Shown here one piece after another: positions 10,330 to 20,913 of a DNA stretch of 64,000 nt. The stretch covers positions 32,001 to 96,000 of the forward strand of contig QCDI01000001.1 in the NCBI GenBank assembly GCA_003280965.1, given 5' to 3'. A program made the position numbers and the translations under genes. Source of the DNA: Prochlorococcus sp. AG-355-B18 (GTDB lineage Bacteria; Cyanobacteriota; Cyanobacteriia; PCC-6307; Cyanobiaceae). The first letter of the stretch is position 1; the number at the start of each line of letters is the position of its first letter. The notes beneath the pieces were generated by a model. It did not search any database and had not been told where the DNA came from. It saw only the letters and a program-made list of their open reading frames with translations.

Positions 10330-10713
10330 TCTGCGATCTTTTGATGAGCAGGTTCAAGTGGGTGTTTCTCGGTCGTGTTGATAAAGTGTTTTATTGCAGT
10401 TCTAGTCTTGATTTCTCAGATAGAAATGTTTATATTTTTTGATTGATTTCTTATCTTTACTGTCGGAAAGTAATAGATTATTCTTTTTATAAAGAACTTA
10501 AAAATAGTCCGACTTAGATACCAATATTATAGTATATAAACTCAGTTATATCAACCGAACTGACGGAATTTAGAGTATTATTTTAGCGTTCCCTAACACC
10601 TAAAAAAGTGTTATTTTAGGGGGCAGACAAAATAACACTTACCGATTTCATGTGGTACAAAATGGGGTTATTTTTGTAATTTCTCTATTCTTTCCCTAAG
10701 ATTAGTGATGTAG

Positions 10714-10751
10714 ACAGGGATGTATTCTGAGTTCAGATTACACCCTCTCCG
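10714..10751 (+). repeat. Degenerate copy of tRNA-Ser 3' half (att site)
   Basis: ACAGGGATGTATTC-TGAGTTCAGATTACACCCTCTCCG vs tRNA ATAGGGAACTATTCGTGGGTTCGAATCCCACCCTCTCCG; last 11 nt identical. Confidence 0.8.
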
Positions 10752-10801
10752 TTTTATAAATCTATTCACTTCCAAGTAGGCAAAAATTATAAATTCTTTT
10801 T

Positions 10802-10951
10802 TTAAGTGATTAAATCTTTAAGCGCGGCGAAGTTATATCTACTTCCAAATTGCAGAACACATTTTACAGTGGGGGCTTTTTTGTCAGAATTACTTAAATC
10901 AATAAACTGGCATATGTGACATTTAGGTAATATTTTATTCTCACTTTCCAC
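10802..10951 (-). CDS. Small Cys-containing hypothetical protein, 49 aa
   Basis: GTG start; MESENKILPKCHICQFIDLSNSDKKAPTVKCVLQFGSRYNFAALKDLIT*. Confidence 0.45.
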   Translation of the reverse strand: MESENKILPKCHICQFIDLSNSDKKAPTVKCVLQFGSRYNFAALKDLIT

Positions 10952-10982
10952 GTGAAAGAAATAATTTGCCTACCTTATAAAA

Positions 10983-11077
10983 GTAGAGGAGTTGTTTTAT
11001 TGAATTAGTGGAAACAAGGAAACACTTTATTCAGTAAAACTAAAAAAGACCCCTGTAATTAAGGGGTCTTTTTTTTT
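10983..11077 (+). ncRNA. Yfr2-family small RNA
   Basis: 5' GTAGAGGAG, GGAAACA-A-GGAAACA loop at 11010-11024, terminator AAAGACCCCT/AGGGGTCTTT(T)n, -10 TACCTT at 10971. Confidence 0.85.
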
Positions 11078-11230
11078 GCCTATTTACTACTGTTGTTGGA
11101 ATTTTCATATCATTAAAATTATTCCAGTTCAAATAGTATAAATTTTAAAAATTTCTAGATTAATAGCTATAAGTCAATTTCAACTTTATTGAAATTTAAA
11201 TTTAATATCTAATTAATAATAAAAGAAGAT

Positions 11231-11482
11231 TTAGTTTTCCCAGAAGGGATCTGTAGTCAAAGAAACCTTTAATATATTTTTTTTATTATTTTTAATACCA
11301 CTTATACAAGCTCTTACTGTTTCTCCATTTACATCTATTTCACAGGCTCCACAACTTCCTGTAAGACAACCAGTTGGAATTTCTAAACCTGCTTTTTCTG
11401 CACTAGAGAACCAATCATCTCCCTCTGAAACAAATGTTTCAATATTGTTTGGCCATAAAATTTTAATGTTTGTTTCTTTCAA
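11231..11482 (-). CDS. 2Fe-2S ferredoxin-like protein
   Basis: IPTGCLTGSCGACE...RAC. Confidence 0.85.
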   Translation of the reverse strand: MKETNIKILWPNNIETFVSEGDDWFSSAEKAGLEIPTGCLTGSCGACEIDVNGETVRACISGIKNNKKNILKVSLTTDPFWEN

Positions 11483-13008
11483 TTAAAAAATGATGTGAGA
11501 TTTAGATGTTTATCGAATTCATTCGCAAGATTATTGATAATAGATTCTCTTTTCTTTTTATAAGATATAGATTTTTTATTTAATATTGGTAAGTTTTTTC
11601 TTTTCCTTATTAAATTAATATATTGATCTCTCCATCTATCATTTTCAAAGATCCCATGAATATATGTTCCTGCAATAGTCCCACCCCCATTATTCTCTTT
11701 GTACCAACCTAGATCTAAGTCTTTAAAAATAGTTTTAATCTTTAGTGCGCTTTTTATGCCTTCTAATTCAGTTTGACCATTATGAATTTCAAACCCATTA
11801 ATTTTTGATCTACATGGCCATACAGATTCAGAGTTTATCTGACGTGTTAGTTTTTTATCAGAGAAAGTAGTTTTTAATGGTAGTAATCCAATCCCATTAA
11901 TTTTTTGTTCAGAATAATTTTTGGAACCCTCTTTAAAATATGGATCCTCAAGTGTTGTCCCTAACATTTGTAAACCTCCACAAATCCCAATAATATTACC
12001 CTTGTTATTTGAATATTCCCTTATGTCGTCAGATAAACCAGACTCTTCAAGAAATATTTGATCTTTAATAGTTTGTTTACTTCCCGGGAGAATAACAAAG
12101 TCATACTCGATCAAGTTTTGCGATTCTTTAATCCATTCAATTAATATTGATTCCTCATTTTCTAATGGATCAAAATCTGAGAAGTTACTTATAGATGGTA
12201 ATTTTATAATTCCAACTTTAATCTCAGGATTTTTAAAATGAGATTTTTTTTCTAATAAGTCCAAAGAATCTTCTGGAGGGAATGAATCATTTAACCATGG
12301 AATAATACCAATTACAGGAATTTGAGTTTTATTTTCTATCCAATTTTTCCCTTCTTGAAATAATGAAAGGTCCCCTCTGAATCTATTTATAATAATCCCC
12401 TTAATAAGTTTCTTTTCTTCAGGTTTCATTAATTCGAGAGTTCCGATTATTTGTGCAAATACCCCCCCCCTCTCAATATCAGTGACTAAAATGCAGTTGG
12501 CTCTTAAATACTTTGCAATTCTTAAATTAGTAAGGTCTCTATGAATTAAGTTCATTTCTACTGGGCTGCCAGCTCCTTCGATAATTAAACGACAATCTGG
12601 ATTTTCTTTATAAATAAGGTTTAAACTTTTTTTAATTACTTCCCATCCTGGAATAAACCAATCTTTGTAGTAACTTTTTGCAGTAGTGACCCCCATACTT
12701 TTGCCAAGGTGAATCACCTCACTTATTGAGTTTCCTTGTGGTTTTAATAAAACGGGATTCATCTCTGAAGAAGGTTTAATACCACATGCGAATGCTTGAA
12801 GTGCTTGTGAATATGCCATTTCTCCACCTTCCCAATCAACCCAAGCGTTGTTACTCATGTTTTGTCCTTTAAAAGGTATTGGTTCTTCTCCTAAATTTTT
12901 AAGAATCCTGCAGATAGCAGTAACTGTTAACGATTTCCCTGCTCCACTGGAAGTACCTAAGACCATTATTGGTTTCTTTATTGCATGTAATTTCGCTTCT
13001 AGCTCCAT
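11479..13008 (-). CDS. cobQ: Cobyric acid synthase
   Basis: GTSSGAGKS, PFKGQNMSNN, EGAGSP, GICGGLQMLG, GTYIHG. Confidence 0.95.
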   Translation of the reverse strand: MELEAKLHAIKKPIMVLGTSSGAGKSLTVTAICRILKNLGEEPIPFKGQNMSNNAWVDWEGGEMAYSQALQAFACGIKPSSEMNPVLLKPQGNSISEVIHLGKSMGVTTAKSYYKDWFIPGWEVIKKSLNLIYKENPDCRLIIEGAGSPVEMNLIHRDLTNLRIAKYLRANCILVTDIERGGVFAQIIGTLELMKPEEKKLIKGIIINRFRGDLSLFQEGKNWIENKTQIPVIGIIPWLNDSFPPEDSLDLLEKKSHFKNPEIKVGIIKLPSISNFSDFDPLENEESILIEWIKESQNLIEYDFVILPGSKQTIKDQIFLEESGLSDDIREYSNNKGNIIGICGGLQMLGTTLEDPYFKEGSKNYSEQKINGIGLLPLKTTFSDKKLTRQINSESVWPCRSKINGFEIHNGQTELEGIKSALKIKTIFKDLDLGWYKENNGGGTIAGTYIHGIFENDRWRDQYINLIRKRKNLPILNKKSISYKKKRESIINNLANEFDKHLNLTSFFN

Positions 13009-13074
13009 TCGTAATTTATACTAATTTTAAAATTAATTAATCAGTAAATTGAATTATAATTTGGTAAAAAATTT

Positions 13075-13686
13075 GTGTTAATTCTAGCCTCTGCTTCTCA
13101 ATCTAGAAAGAAATTACTAGAAAATTGTCAAATTCAATTTATCCAAATATCAAGTGACTTTGATGAAACTACTATTCAAGAAGAGAATATATTTAATTTA
13201 GCTTTGGAATTATCTTTTCAAAAGGCTAATAGTTTATCTGAAAATATTCCTACAACATTATTTCCTAAAGAATTTAATTATGGTCCATTGGAAATACTTG
13301 GGTGCGACTCAATTTTTGAATTTAAAGGGGAAGCTTATGGAAAACCATCTAATAAAGAGGAGGCATTTAATAGATGGAAAAAAATGTCTGGAGAATTTGG
13401 ATATTTACATACTGGTCATACTCTAATATTTGGCAATTTTGATTCAACTTCCAAAATTTTTAAAATCACTGAAATAATAAAAAAAACAGTAAGTTCAAGA
13501 GTTTATTTTTCTGAGTTGGAAGATTGGGAAATCAAAAGTTATGTAGATACAAACGAACCTTTATACTGTGCAGGTGGATTTGCTTTGGAAGGAATAGGCG
13601 GTAAATATATAGAAAAAATAGAGGGTTGCTTCAGTAATGTTATGGGGTTGAGTTTGCCATGGCTAAGAAAGAATTTATATAGATAA
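13075..13686 (+). CDS. maf: Maf nucleotide pyrophosphatase
   Basis: [27 protein letters not shown]. Confidence 0.92.
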   Translation: MLILASASQSRKKLLENCQIQFIQISSDFDETTIQEENIFNLALELSFQKANSLSENIPTTLFPKEFNYGPLEILGCDSIFEFKGEAYGKPSNKEEAFNRWKKMSGEFGYLHTGHTLIFGNFDSTSKIFKITEIIKKTVSSRVYFSELEDWEIKSYVDTNEPLYCAGGFALEGIGGKYIEKIEGCFSNVMGLSLPWLRKNLYR

Positions 13687-13717
13687 TTAATATAAAAAAA
13701 ATAAACAAAAATAACAA

Positions 13718-13749
13718 AAAAAAACCCTATCTTTCGATAGGGTATTTTT
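13718..13749. terminator. Bidirectional terminator between maf and psbC
   Basis: A-run-CCCTATC-TTTC-GATAGGG-T-run. Confidence 0.8.
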
Positions 13750-13761
13750 GTGAAGTAGAGA

Positions 13762-15144
13762 TTAATCTAAATCAGGCATTTCTAGAGCTGGTTCACTCTT
13801 TCTGTCGATTCCTTTCTCGAAACCAGCAGCGGCTGCTCTAGCACGTCCAGCATGCCAAAGGTGACCGATGAATGTAAACCATCCTAGGAAGAATTGAGCT
13901 GCAGCTAACCATTGTCTTAAGTTAACAAAGTTAACAGCATTTGGCTCTGTAATGATTCCACCAACAGAGTTGATAGAAGCGTTGGGAGCATGAGTCATAT
14001 ATTCAGCAGCTCTTCTTACTTGCCAAGGCTGAATATCATTTTGGATTTTCTCGAGGCTCAAACCGTTAGGACCTCTTAAAGGCTCTAACCATGGACCTCT
14101 GAAGTCCCAAAATCTCATTGTTTCACCACCAAATATAATTTCACCTGTAGGAGATCTCATGAGATACTTACCTAAACCTGTTGGTCCCATTGTTGAACCT
14201 ACGTTAGCTCCAATTCTTTGGTCTCTCACAAGGAAAGTAAAGCTTTGAGCCTGTGAAGCTTCAGCATTAGTTGGGCCATAAAACTCTGAAGGGTAAGCAG
14301 TATTATTAAACCAGATGAATGTTGAAGCAATAAAACTTGCTACACAAATTCCACCTAGAGCGTAACTTAAGAGTCCTTCACCATTCCAGATGAATGCTCT
14401 TCTTGCCCATCCAAAAGGTTTGGTAAAGATATGGAATATTCCTCCAATAATTGCAGTAATACCCACATAAACATGTCCACCAACAATATCTTCAATGGAG
14501 TTAACACCGATTATTGAACCAGCACCTCCCCATGGAGATCTAAATAGATAACCAAGAATAACCCTTGGATCTAAAGTTGGGTTAACAAGTCTAACTTCTC
14601 CACCACCAGGAGCCCATGTGTCATATGCACCGCCAATAAAACACCAGTTAACTGACCATGCCAATGCACCTACACCAAGGACAATCAAATGATATCCGAG
14701 GATATTAGTCATTTGATTTTTGTCTCTCCAATCAGTGGAGAAAAATGGAAAATCTTCTTCAAGTTTTTCTGGACCTGCTAATGAATGGTAAATACCACCA
14801 AAACCAAGAACAGCAGAAGCTATCAAATGAACCACACCTGCTTGGAAGAAAGGCATGATGTCAGTAACTTCACCACCAGGGCCAATACCGTAGCCAAACA
14901 TCGCAACGTGTGGCATACAGATTAGACCTTGCTCCCACATTGGTTTATCAAAAGTAAAATGATTAACCTCAAAGAGCATCATTGCTCCCGCCCAAAAAAC
15001 TATTAGTCCAGAGTGAGCAATGTGAGCTCCTAATAAACGTCCAGATAAATTGATTAATCTAGCATTACCTACATACCAGGCATAGCCAGTTTCTTCAATA
15101 CTTTGGTTTGGAGCTCTTAATAAATTATTAAAGGGCGTTTCCAC
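13762..15144 (-). CDS. psbC: Photosystem II CP43
   Basis: GTG start at 15144 overlapping psb[20 protein letters not shown]. Confidence 0.98.
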   Translation of the reverse strand: METPFNNLLRAPNQSIEETGYAWYVGNARLINLSGRLLGAHIAHSGLIVFWAGAMMLFEVNHFTFDKPMWEQGLICMPHVAMFGYGIGPGGEVTDIMPFFQAGVVHLIASAVLGFGGIYHSLAGPEKLEEDFPFFSTDWRDKNQMTNILGYHLIVLGVGALAWSVNWCFIGGAYDTWAPGGGEVRLVNPTLDPRVILGYLFRSPWGGAGSIIGVNSIEDIVGGHVYVGITAIIGGIFHIFTKPFGWARRAFIWNGEGLLSYALGGICVASFIASTFIWFNNTAYPSEFYGPTNAEASQAQSFTFLVRDQRIGANVGSTMGPTGLGKYLMRSPTGEIIFGGETMRFWDFRGPWLEPLRGPNGLSLEKIQNDIQPWQVRRAAEYMTHAPNASINSVGGIITEPNAVNFVNLRQWLAAAQFFLGWFTFIGHLWHAGRARAAAAGFEKGIDRKSEPALEMPDLD

Positions 15145-16204
15145 GTGGAAGAACCTCCTCAGGGAATACAAAGTTTTCGTGTGGTTGATCCACAGAAGAC
15201 ATCCATGCTCGCATACCTTCGTTCAAAAGTATATTTTTTGTATAGAAAGTTTCAAATTCTGGATCTTCTGCTGCACGTATTTCTTGGCTTACGAAATCAT
15301 AAGCTCTTAAATTTAGTGCTAAGCCGACAATACCAATTGAAGATGTCCACATACCCATAACAGGTACAAATAGCATTAAGAAGTGTAAAAAACGCTTGTT
15401 TGAGAAAGCGATACCGAAGATTTGACTCCAGAATCTATTCGCTGTAATCATTGAATAGGTTTCTTCTTCCTGTGTTGGGTCAAAAGCTCTAAATGTTGAA
15501 CTCTGAACCTTACCATCTGTATAAATACTTGTATCTTCATACAAAGTATTTTGTACTGTAGCTCCATGAATAGCGCAAAGTAGAGCACCACCAAGAATTC
15601 CAGCTACTCCCATCATGTGGAATGGGTTTAAAGTAATATTGTGAAAACCTTGAATGAATAGGATATAACGGAAGATTGCTGCAACACCGAATGAAGGTGC
15701 GAAGAACCAACTGTGCTGTCCTAAAGGGTAAATAAGGAAAATACTTGTGAAAACTGCTATTACTGCTGAAAAAGCTAATGCGTTGTATGGTCTAATTCCA
15801 ACAAGGCCAGCAATTTCAAACTGACGAAGCATAAAACCAATTAGGCCAAATACTCCATGTAATGCAACAAAGTTCCAAAGACCACCAAGTTGTAGCCATC
15901 TTACGAAACTACCTTGGGCTTCAGGACCCCATAAAAATAGAAGACTGTGTCCCATGGCATCACCAGGGGTACTTACAGCTGCTGTTAAAAAGTTACAACC
16001 TTCAAGGTATGAGCTTGCAACTCCGTGTGTGTACCAAGAGGTAACAAATGTTGTGCCGACAAACCAACCGCCTATTGCAAGATATGCACAAGGAAGTAAA
16101 AGTAGTCCGGACCAACCAATAAATACAAAGCGGTCGCGCTTCAACCAATCATCAAGGATATCAAACCATCCTCTTTGTGGGGCGCTACCAACTGCGATCG
16201 TCAT
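15128..16204 (-). CDS. psbD: Photosystem II D2 protein
   Basis: [16 protein letters not shown]...[10 protein letters not shown]. Confidence 0.99.
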   Translation of the reverse strand: MTIAVGSAPQRGWFDILDDWLKRDRFVFIGWSGLLLLPCAYLAIGGWFVGTTFVTSWYTHGVASSYLEGCNFLTAAVSTPGDAMGHSLLFLWGPEAQGSFVRWLQLGGLWNFVALHGVFGLIGFMLRQFEIAGLVGIRPYNALAFSAVIAVFTSIFLIYPLGQHSWFFAPSFGVAAIFRYILFIQGFHNITLNPFHMMGVAGILGGALLCAIHGATVQNTLYEDTSIYTDGKVQSSTFRAFDPTQEEETYSMITANRFWSQIFGIAFSNKRFLHFLMLFVPVMGMWTSSIGIVGLALNLRAYDFVSQEIRAAEDPEFETFYTKNILLNEGMRAWMSSVDQPHENFVFPEEVLPRGNAL

Positions 16205-16386
16205 GAGAAATCGTTTTTAGCTTCGGGATACGCAGTGACTGTAACAAAGATTGAGAGTAATGTGGGGAAATATTTGTATATCTGAAATGCCTTGTAAAGC
16301 TTTCCTGACTTTTTTATTAAAAATTAGGTAAGAATACTCCCTTACTTTGTTAAATTATCTAAATTAGGCCCTAAAAAAAGCTAAAA

Positions 16387-16944
16387 ATGAATTCAGACCT
16401 TACGTCATTCGATAAAATCGAACAAAAAATTGGCGGTTCAAGAAAAATTTCAAATTATATAATTGGTGGAATGTTAACGATCGGTGGTATTGGTTTTCTT
16501 TTGGCCTCATTATCAAGCTACACAGGCAGGGATCTATTACCTCTGGGCAATCCGTCAACTTTATTATTCATACCTCAAGGAATAATAATGGGAGCGTATG
16601 GAATAATAGCCAATTTATTGAACTTTTATTTGTGGTATTTGGTATTTATTAATTTTGGTTCTGGAAGTAATTCTTTTGATAAATCTTCAAAATCTGTTGA
16701 GATAAAAAGAAAAGGGTTATTTAAAGATATTGAAGTTAAGTTGAATTTTGATGAAATTAAATCGGTTAAGCTAGATATAAGTGAAGGATTTAATCCTAGA
16801 AGAAGAATCGCACTAGTACTAAAAGGTAGAAAAAAACCACTCCCTTTAAGCGGTGCAGGTGAACTTAAACCACTTCTTCAGGTTGAAGAAGAAGGAGCGA
16901 GGCTGGCTAAATTTTTGAATGTTAATTTGGAGGGACTAAAATAA
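16387..16944 (+). CDS. ycf4: Photosystem I assembly protein Ycf4
   Basis: GSRKISNY, FIPQGIIM, EGFNPRR. Confidence 0.95.
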   Translation: MNSDLTSFDKIEQKIGGSRKISNYIIGGMLTIGGIGFLLASLSSYTGRDLLPLGNPSTLLFIPQGIIMGAYGIIANLLNFYLWYLVFINFGSGSNSFDKSSKSVEIKRKGLFKDIEVKLNFDEIKSVKLDISEGFNPRRRIALVLKGRKKPLPLSGAGELKPLLQVEEEGARLAKFLNVNLEGLK

Positions 16945-16985
16945 AAAAGGTATTTCCATTTAAAGCATTATTTTTAATCCAGATT

Positions 16986-17597
16986 TTGTTTTTTGTACCA
17001 GCTTGTAGTTTTAAAAATGAGATTGATTCAAATTATTATTGCCAAAAACTTAAACTAACTTGTACAAAAGGAAATAAAATAATCTACTTTAAAACCTCAA
17101 AAGGTGATTTCGAGGTTAAATTATTAGGTAAAGATTACCCAGTCACAGTCTCTAATTTTCTAGAAAATATTAATAATAATATATATAAAAATAAAAAATT
17201 TTATAAAATAATTAACTATCCCCAAATAAAATTTATACACGGAGGAGTTAATCCAGAAAATGAATTTTACATTGAACAAAATCAAACCCTAAATAAGACG
17301 AGTGCCTCAATACCCTTAGAAATTAAATTCAAAGAAGAAATTAAACCAAGATATAACTATCAAATAAAAAATCCTAATGAAACTATAAATTTAATTAATA
17401 CTTTTGAGAGTGGTTCAATCGCTATGGTTAAGAGCGGTAAGAAAAAGTCTTCAGCTACTGAATTTTTTTTTGTAACTAGTAAAATCCCAGAACTCGATGG
17501 AAGATATTCGATTTTTGGAAAGATTATTAAAGGATTAGATGTACTCAAAAAAATAAATGAAGAAGACTATATCAAGGCAGTCCAGATATTTAATTAA
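16986..17597 (+). CDS. Cyclophilin-type peptidyl-prolyl isomerase
   Basis: [21 protein letters not shown]; start uncertain. Confidence 0.82.
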   Translation: MFFVPACSFKNEIDSNYYCQKLKLTCTKGNKIIYFKTSKGDFEVKLLGKDYPVTVSNFLENINNNIYKNKKFYKIINYPQIKFIHGGVNPENEFYIEQNQTLNKTSASIPLEIKFKEEIKPRYNYQIKNPNETINLINTFESGSIAMVKSGKKKSSATEFFFVTSKIPELDGRYSIFGKIIKGLDVLKKINEEDYIKAVQIFN

Positions 17598-18118
17598 ATT
17601 TCTAGAGAATATTTGTTTATTTTCAACATTTCTGTATTAACTCCTGAAGAACGTTTAAGAGCAACCTTACCAGTCCTCGCTATTTCAAGGATGCCGTATG
17701 GCTCTAGTAATTTCTCTAGAGCGACTAACTTCCCAGGATCTCCAACTACCTCGAGAGTTAATGCTATATCTGATACATCAACAACTTTTGCACGGAAAAT
17801 CTGCACTATATCAAGGATATTACTTCTGGTATCTTCTTTCGATGAAACTTTTAGTAACATCAATTCCCTCTCAACAGCTGCGAGATTAGTAAAATCTACA
17901 ACTCCCAGAACATTAAATAACTTATTAAGTTGCTTAGTCATTTGTTGAAGAGTTTCATCATCACCCTCTACTACCATGGTTAACCTTGAAATCCCTTTAG
18001 ATTCTGCAGGTCCTACTGCAAGGCTATCTATGTTGAAACCCCTTCTAGCAAAAAGACCTGAGATTCTACTCAAGGCTCCAGATTCGTCCTCTACAAGAAC
18101 TGATAATGTATGTTTCAT
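17594..18118 (-). CDS. ilvH: Acetolactate synthase small subunit
   Basis: [26 protein letters not shown]. Confidence 0.95.
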   Translation of the reverse strand: MKHTLSVLVEDESGALSRISGLFARRGFNIDSLAVGPAESKGISRLTMVVEGDDETLQQMTKQLNKLFNVLGVVDFTNLAAVERELMLLKVSSKEDTRSNILDIVQIFRAKVVDVSDIALTLEVVGDPGKLVALEKLLEPYGILEIARTGKVALKRSSGVNTEMLKINKYSLEI

Positions 18119-18121
18119 ATT

Positions 18122-19066
18122 TTAAAAGGTTTTTAAATCTCTAATCCATTGATAAGAGATACTATTGAATATTGAAGGATCTTCATCATGTATGCAATGC
18201 CCTGAGTTGGATACTATTTTTAATTTTACCCATCTATAGAGATTTGCAATCTTTTTACCAAGAAATAAAGGTATAAAATTATCTTTATCGCCCCAAATTA
18301 ATAATAAAGGTACTTTTTTTGAGGTACTAAGTTTTCTTAAAAGGTAAGAGACTTGAAATTTTACATCTCTTGTTGACATTCCAATACACATTGCTCTTAA
18401 TGATCTGGCTGCAGTCCTCCTTAAAACGGGTTTTGTTACTAAATCTATTAGTTCTGGATCAATATTACCTTTTTTGAAATAGGCAGAATTTAGCCCTAGC
18501 CTTATAACCCCTAATTTTGCAATTAAAAATAAAATAATCTCTAAAGGGAAAAATATAAAAAATATTGTTATGAATCTATCTTTAAATTTTTTTAAAAATG
18601 ATTTCTTTTTTTCTTTCTTTACGTTTTTCTTAATTTGATCAGGTAGAGGAGATGCAATAACTGTTGCAATCTGGTCCTCTAATAAAACACCACATGTTAA
18701 AGCCACTAATGATCCAAGAGAATTACCAATGAGAATTACTTTCCCAGAATTCTTTGGTCTTATAACCTGTGTAATAAAGTCTTTCACTTGATTGCACCAA
18801 ATCTCATTATTTAATCTCCCAATTTGTCTTATACCAGGTTGATCTGAATCTCCAAATCCTATTAAATCCAAAGAATAAGAGGCAAAATCCCTTTTTGCAA
18901 AATACTCTAAATTGTTTCTCCAATGTTTTCGACTAGCACCAAATCCATGTAGAAAGATAATTGGAATTTTATTTTGTTCTCCAGTAACACTCCAACAAAT
19001 TTTAAAACCATTCCAATTCCAGTAATTAGGGTAGTTAATATTTTCTTCTTTAAAATTGGTGTTCAT
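18122..19066 (-). CDS. Alpha/beta hydrolase
   Basis: HGFGAS, DLIGFG, GNSLG, GHCIHDE. Confidence 0.88.
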   Translation of the reverse strand: MNTNFKEENINYPNYWNWNGFKICWSVTGEQNKIPIIFLHGFGASRKHWRNNLEYFAKRDFASYSLDLIGFGDSDQPGIRQIGRLNNEIWCNQVKDFITQVIRPKNSGKVILIGNSLGSLVALTCGVLLEDQIATVIASPLPDQIKKNVKKEKKKSFLKKFKDRFITIFFIFFPLEIILFLIAKLGVIRLGLNSAYFKKGNIDPELIDLVTKPVLRRTAARSLRAMCIGMSTRDVKFQVSYLLRKLSTSKKVPLLLIWGDKDNFIPLFLGKKIANLYRWVKLKIVSNSGHCIHDEDPSIFNSISYQWIRDLKTF

Positions 19067-19158
19067 ATAGGCAAAATTTTCAAGTTATTTGCATTATCTA
19101 CTTTTTTAACAAATAAATGTATATTGAATGTAAATTATATTAATCATTAAATTTTACT

Positions 19159-19257
19159 ATGGCTAAAGAAATTTTTAGTATTGCAGCAGTTTTTTGGATA
19201 TTGATACCAATAGGATTGGTTGGTGGTGCATTACTATTAAAGTTTCAGGGAGATTGA
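19159..19257 (+). CDS. petM: Cytochrome b6f subunit VII
   Basis: [32 protein letters not shown], below ORF-track cutoff. Confidence 0.92.
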
Positions 19258-19314
19258 TTCTCACGAATACATAACAAATTGAGTTATGGTCTACAGGTTA
19301 AGTAAATCTTAAGT

Positions 19315-20277
19315 ATGAAGATTCTTTTAGTAGGAGCAACAGGGACTCTTGGTAGGCAAATAGCAAAGCAAGCCATAGAAGAGGGACATGAAGTAAGATG
19401 CTTTGTCAGAAACCCAAGAAAAGCTTCTTTTCTACAAGAGTGGGGTTGTGAGCTTACAAAAGGTAATATATTAAATTCTTCAGACATTGAATATGCATTG
19501 CAAGATATTGAAGCAGTTATTGATGCGGCAACTAGTAGACCTGATGATCCAAAAAGTATTTATGAAATAGATTGGGATGGAAAACTTAATTTGTTCAATG
19601 CTTGTGAATCCCTAAATGTAAAAAGGGTGATATTCCTTTCAATACTATTAACAGAAAAATTCAGGAACGTTCCATTAATGGACATTAAACACTGTACTGA
19701 AAAACTTCTTGAGAAATCTGATCTAGAATTTACAATCTTCAAATGTGCAGCATTCATGCAAGGAGTTATAGGTCAATTTGCAATCCCAATCTTGGATAGT
19801 CAAGCAGTATGGATGAGTGGGACCCCAACAAAAATTGCTTATATGAATACTCAAGATATGGCAAAAGTTATTGTCGCAGCAGTGAATAATCCAAAAACTC
19901 ATAGAACTTCATTGCCATTGGTTGGCCCCAAAGCATGGGATTCAAACGAAGTCATATCCCTATGTGAGAAATTTAGCGAAAAAAAGGCAAAAATTTTTAG
20001 AGTTTCTCCTTTCCTGATTAATATTACTCAGAAAGTAGTTTCTTTTTTCCAGGATTCTTTAAATGTTGCCGAAAGATTGGCTTTCGCTGAAGTAACAAGT
20101 AGTGGAGAATCATTAGATGCTGACATGAGCAAAACTTACGAAATATTGGATCTAAAAAAAGAAGATATGACATCACTAGAGAGCTATATCAAGGAATACT
20201 ATCAACAGATACTTAAGAGACTAAGGGAAATGGAAGCTGATCTAAACATTGAAGAAAAAAAGAGATTACCTTTTTAA
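19315..20277 (+). CDS. ycf39: Ycf39 / NmrA-type atypical SDR
   Basis: GATGTLGRQ, FLQEWGCEL, AYMNTQD. Confidence 0.88.
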   Translation: MKILLVGATGTLGRQIAKQAIEEGHEVRCFVRNPRKASFLQEWGCELTKGNILNSSDIEYALQDIEAVIDAATSRPDDPKSIYEIDWDGKLNLFNACESLNVKRVIFLSILLTEKFRNVPLMDIKHCTEKLLEKSDLEFTIFKCAAFMQGVIGQFAIPILDSQAVWMSGTPTKIAYMNTQDMAKVIVAAVNNPKTHRTSLPLVGPKAWDSNEVISLCEKFSEKKAKIFRVSPFLINITQKVVSFFQDSLNVAERLAFAEVTSSGESLDADMSKTYEILDLKKEDMTSLESYIKEYYQQILKRLREMEADLNIEEKKRLPF

Positions 20278-20329
20278 CATTGCAATTTTGGACTTATATA
20301 GTATATTTGTACTAAATATATTAGTACTC

Positions 20330-20542
20330 ATGTCTGTTTCAAAATCTAAAAATCTTGAACGAAAGCTAGATAATTTTGCAAAAGAAGCAAAAAATGAATT
20401 GAATAATGTATGCGGTTCTTCATTATGGGAAAGCCTGGGATTTGTTTTTTTTGATCAATTAGAAGATTCTGAAAAAATTGCGAAAGCTAATTTTTACTAT
20501 GGTCAACTTCAAATAATTAATGAAATTAAATTTTCAATTTGA
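20330..20542 (+). CDS. Conserved hypothetical protein
   Basis: ATG 20330 in frame with ORF track; VCGSSLWESLG. Confidence 0.6.
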   Translation: MSVSKSKNLERKLDNFAKEAKNELNNVCGSSLWESLGFVFFDQLEDSEKIAKANFYYGQLQIINEIKFSI

Positions 20543-20634
20543 AGTAAATTTAATTTTTTTAAGCATGTAATTTTTCTTAAATCAATTTTGGCCAATCTTT
20601 TTCTGATATTATTGATGTAGTAAAAGCTTAATTA

Positions 20635-20904
20635 ATGATTGAAACTTCAGGTGTAATAGAAAAAGAGCAGGGAAATGGATTTTATTTGGTTACCTTAGAA
20701 CAACCTGAAGGACATCAATGTTTATGTAGAGCTGCAGGTAAGTTAACAAAATTTAGAATTAAATTATTGGCCGGAGACAAAGTGTTAGTTGAGATAAGTC
20801 CTTATGATCTTTCTCGAGGGAGAATAACCTATCGAGAAAGAAATGCAGGCGGTGGTGCTAGACCTACTACCAATAAAAACAACCCTAAGAGGAATAATAA
20901 GTAA
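20635..20904 (+). CDS. infA: Translation initiation factor IF-1
   Basis: GDKVLVEISPYDLSRGRITYR. Confidence 0.95.
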   Translation: MIETSGVIEKEQGNGFYLVTLEQPEGHQCLCRAAGKLTKFRIKLLAGDKVLVEISPYDLSRGRITYRERNAGGGARPTTNKNNPKRNNK

Positions 20905-20913
20905 AAAGTTACT

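Larger units (their letters stand above)
8977..10751. mobile_element. Small tRNA-Ser-integrated island remnant, no integrase
   Basis: Lies between the tRNA and a degenerate copy of its 3' half; shared 10-mer repeats near both ends; one cargo gene. Confidence 0.7.

Noticed and set aside
10345..10370. Possible inverted junction-element remnant after the lyase (GAAACACCCACTTGAACC on minus strand)
   Set aside because: Needs gaps and several mismatches; too weak by eye
15145..15171. ORF-track N-terminal extension of psbC
   Set aside because: Cyanobacterial psbC starts at the GTG overlapping psbD (15144)
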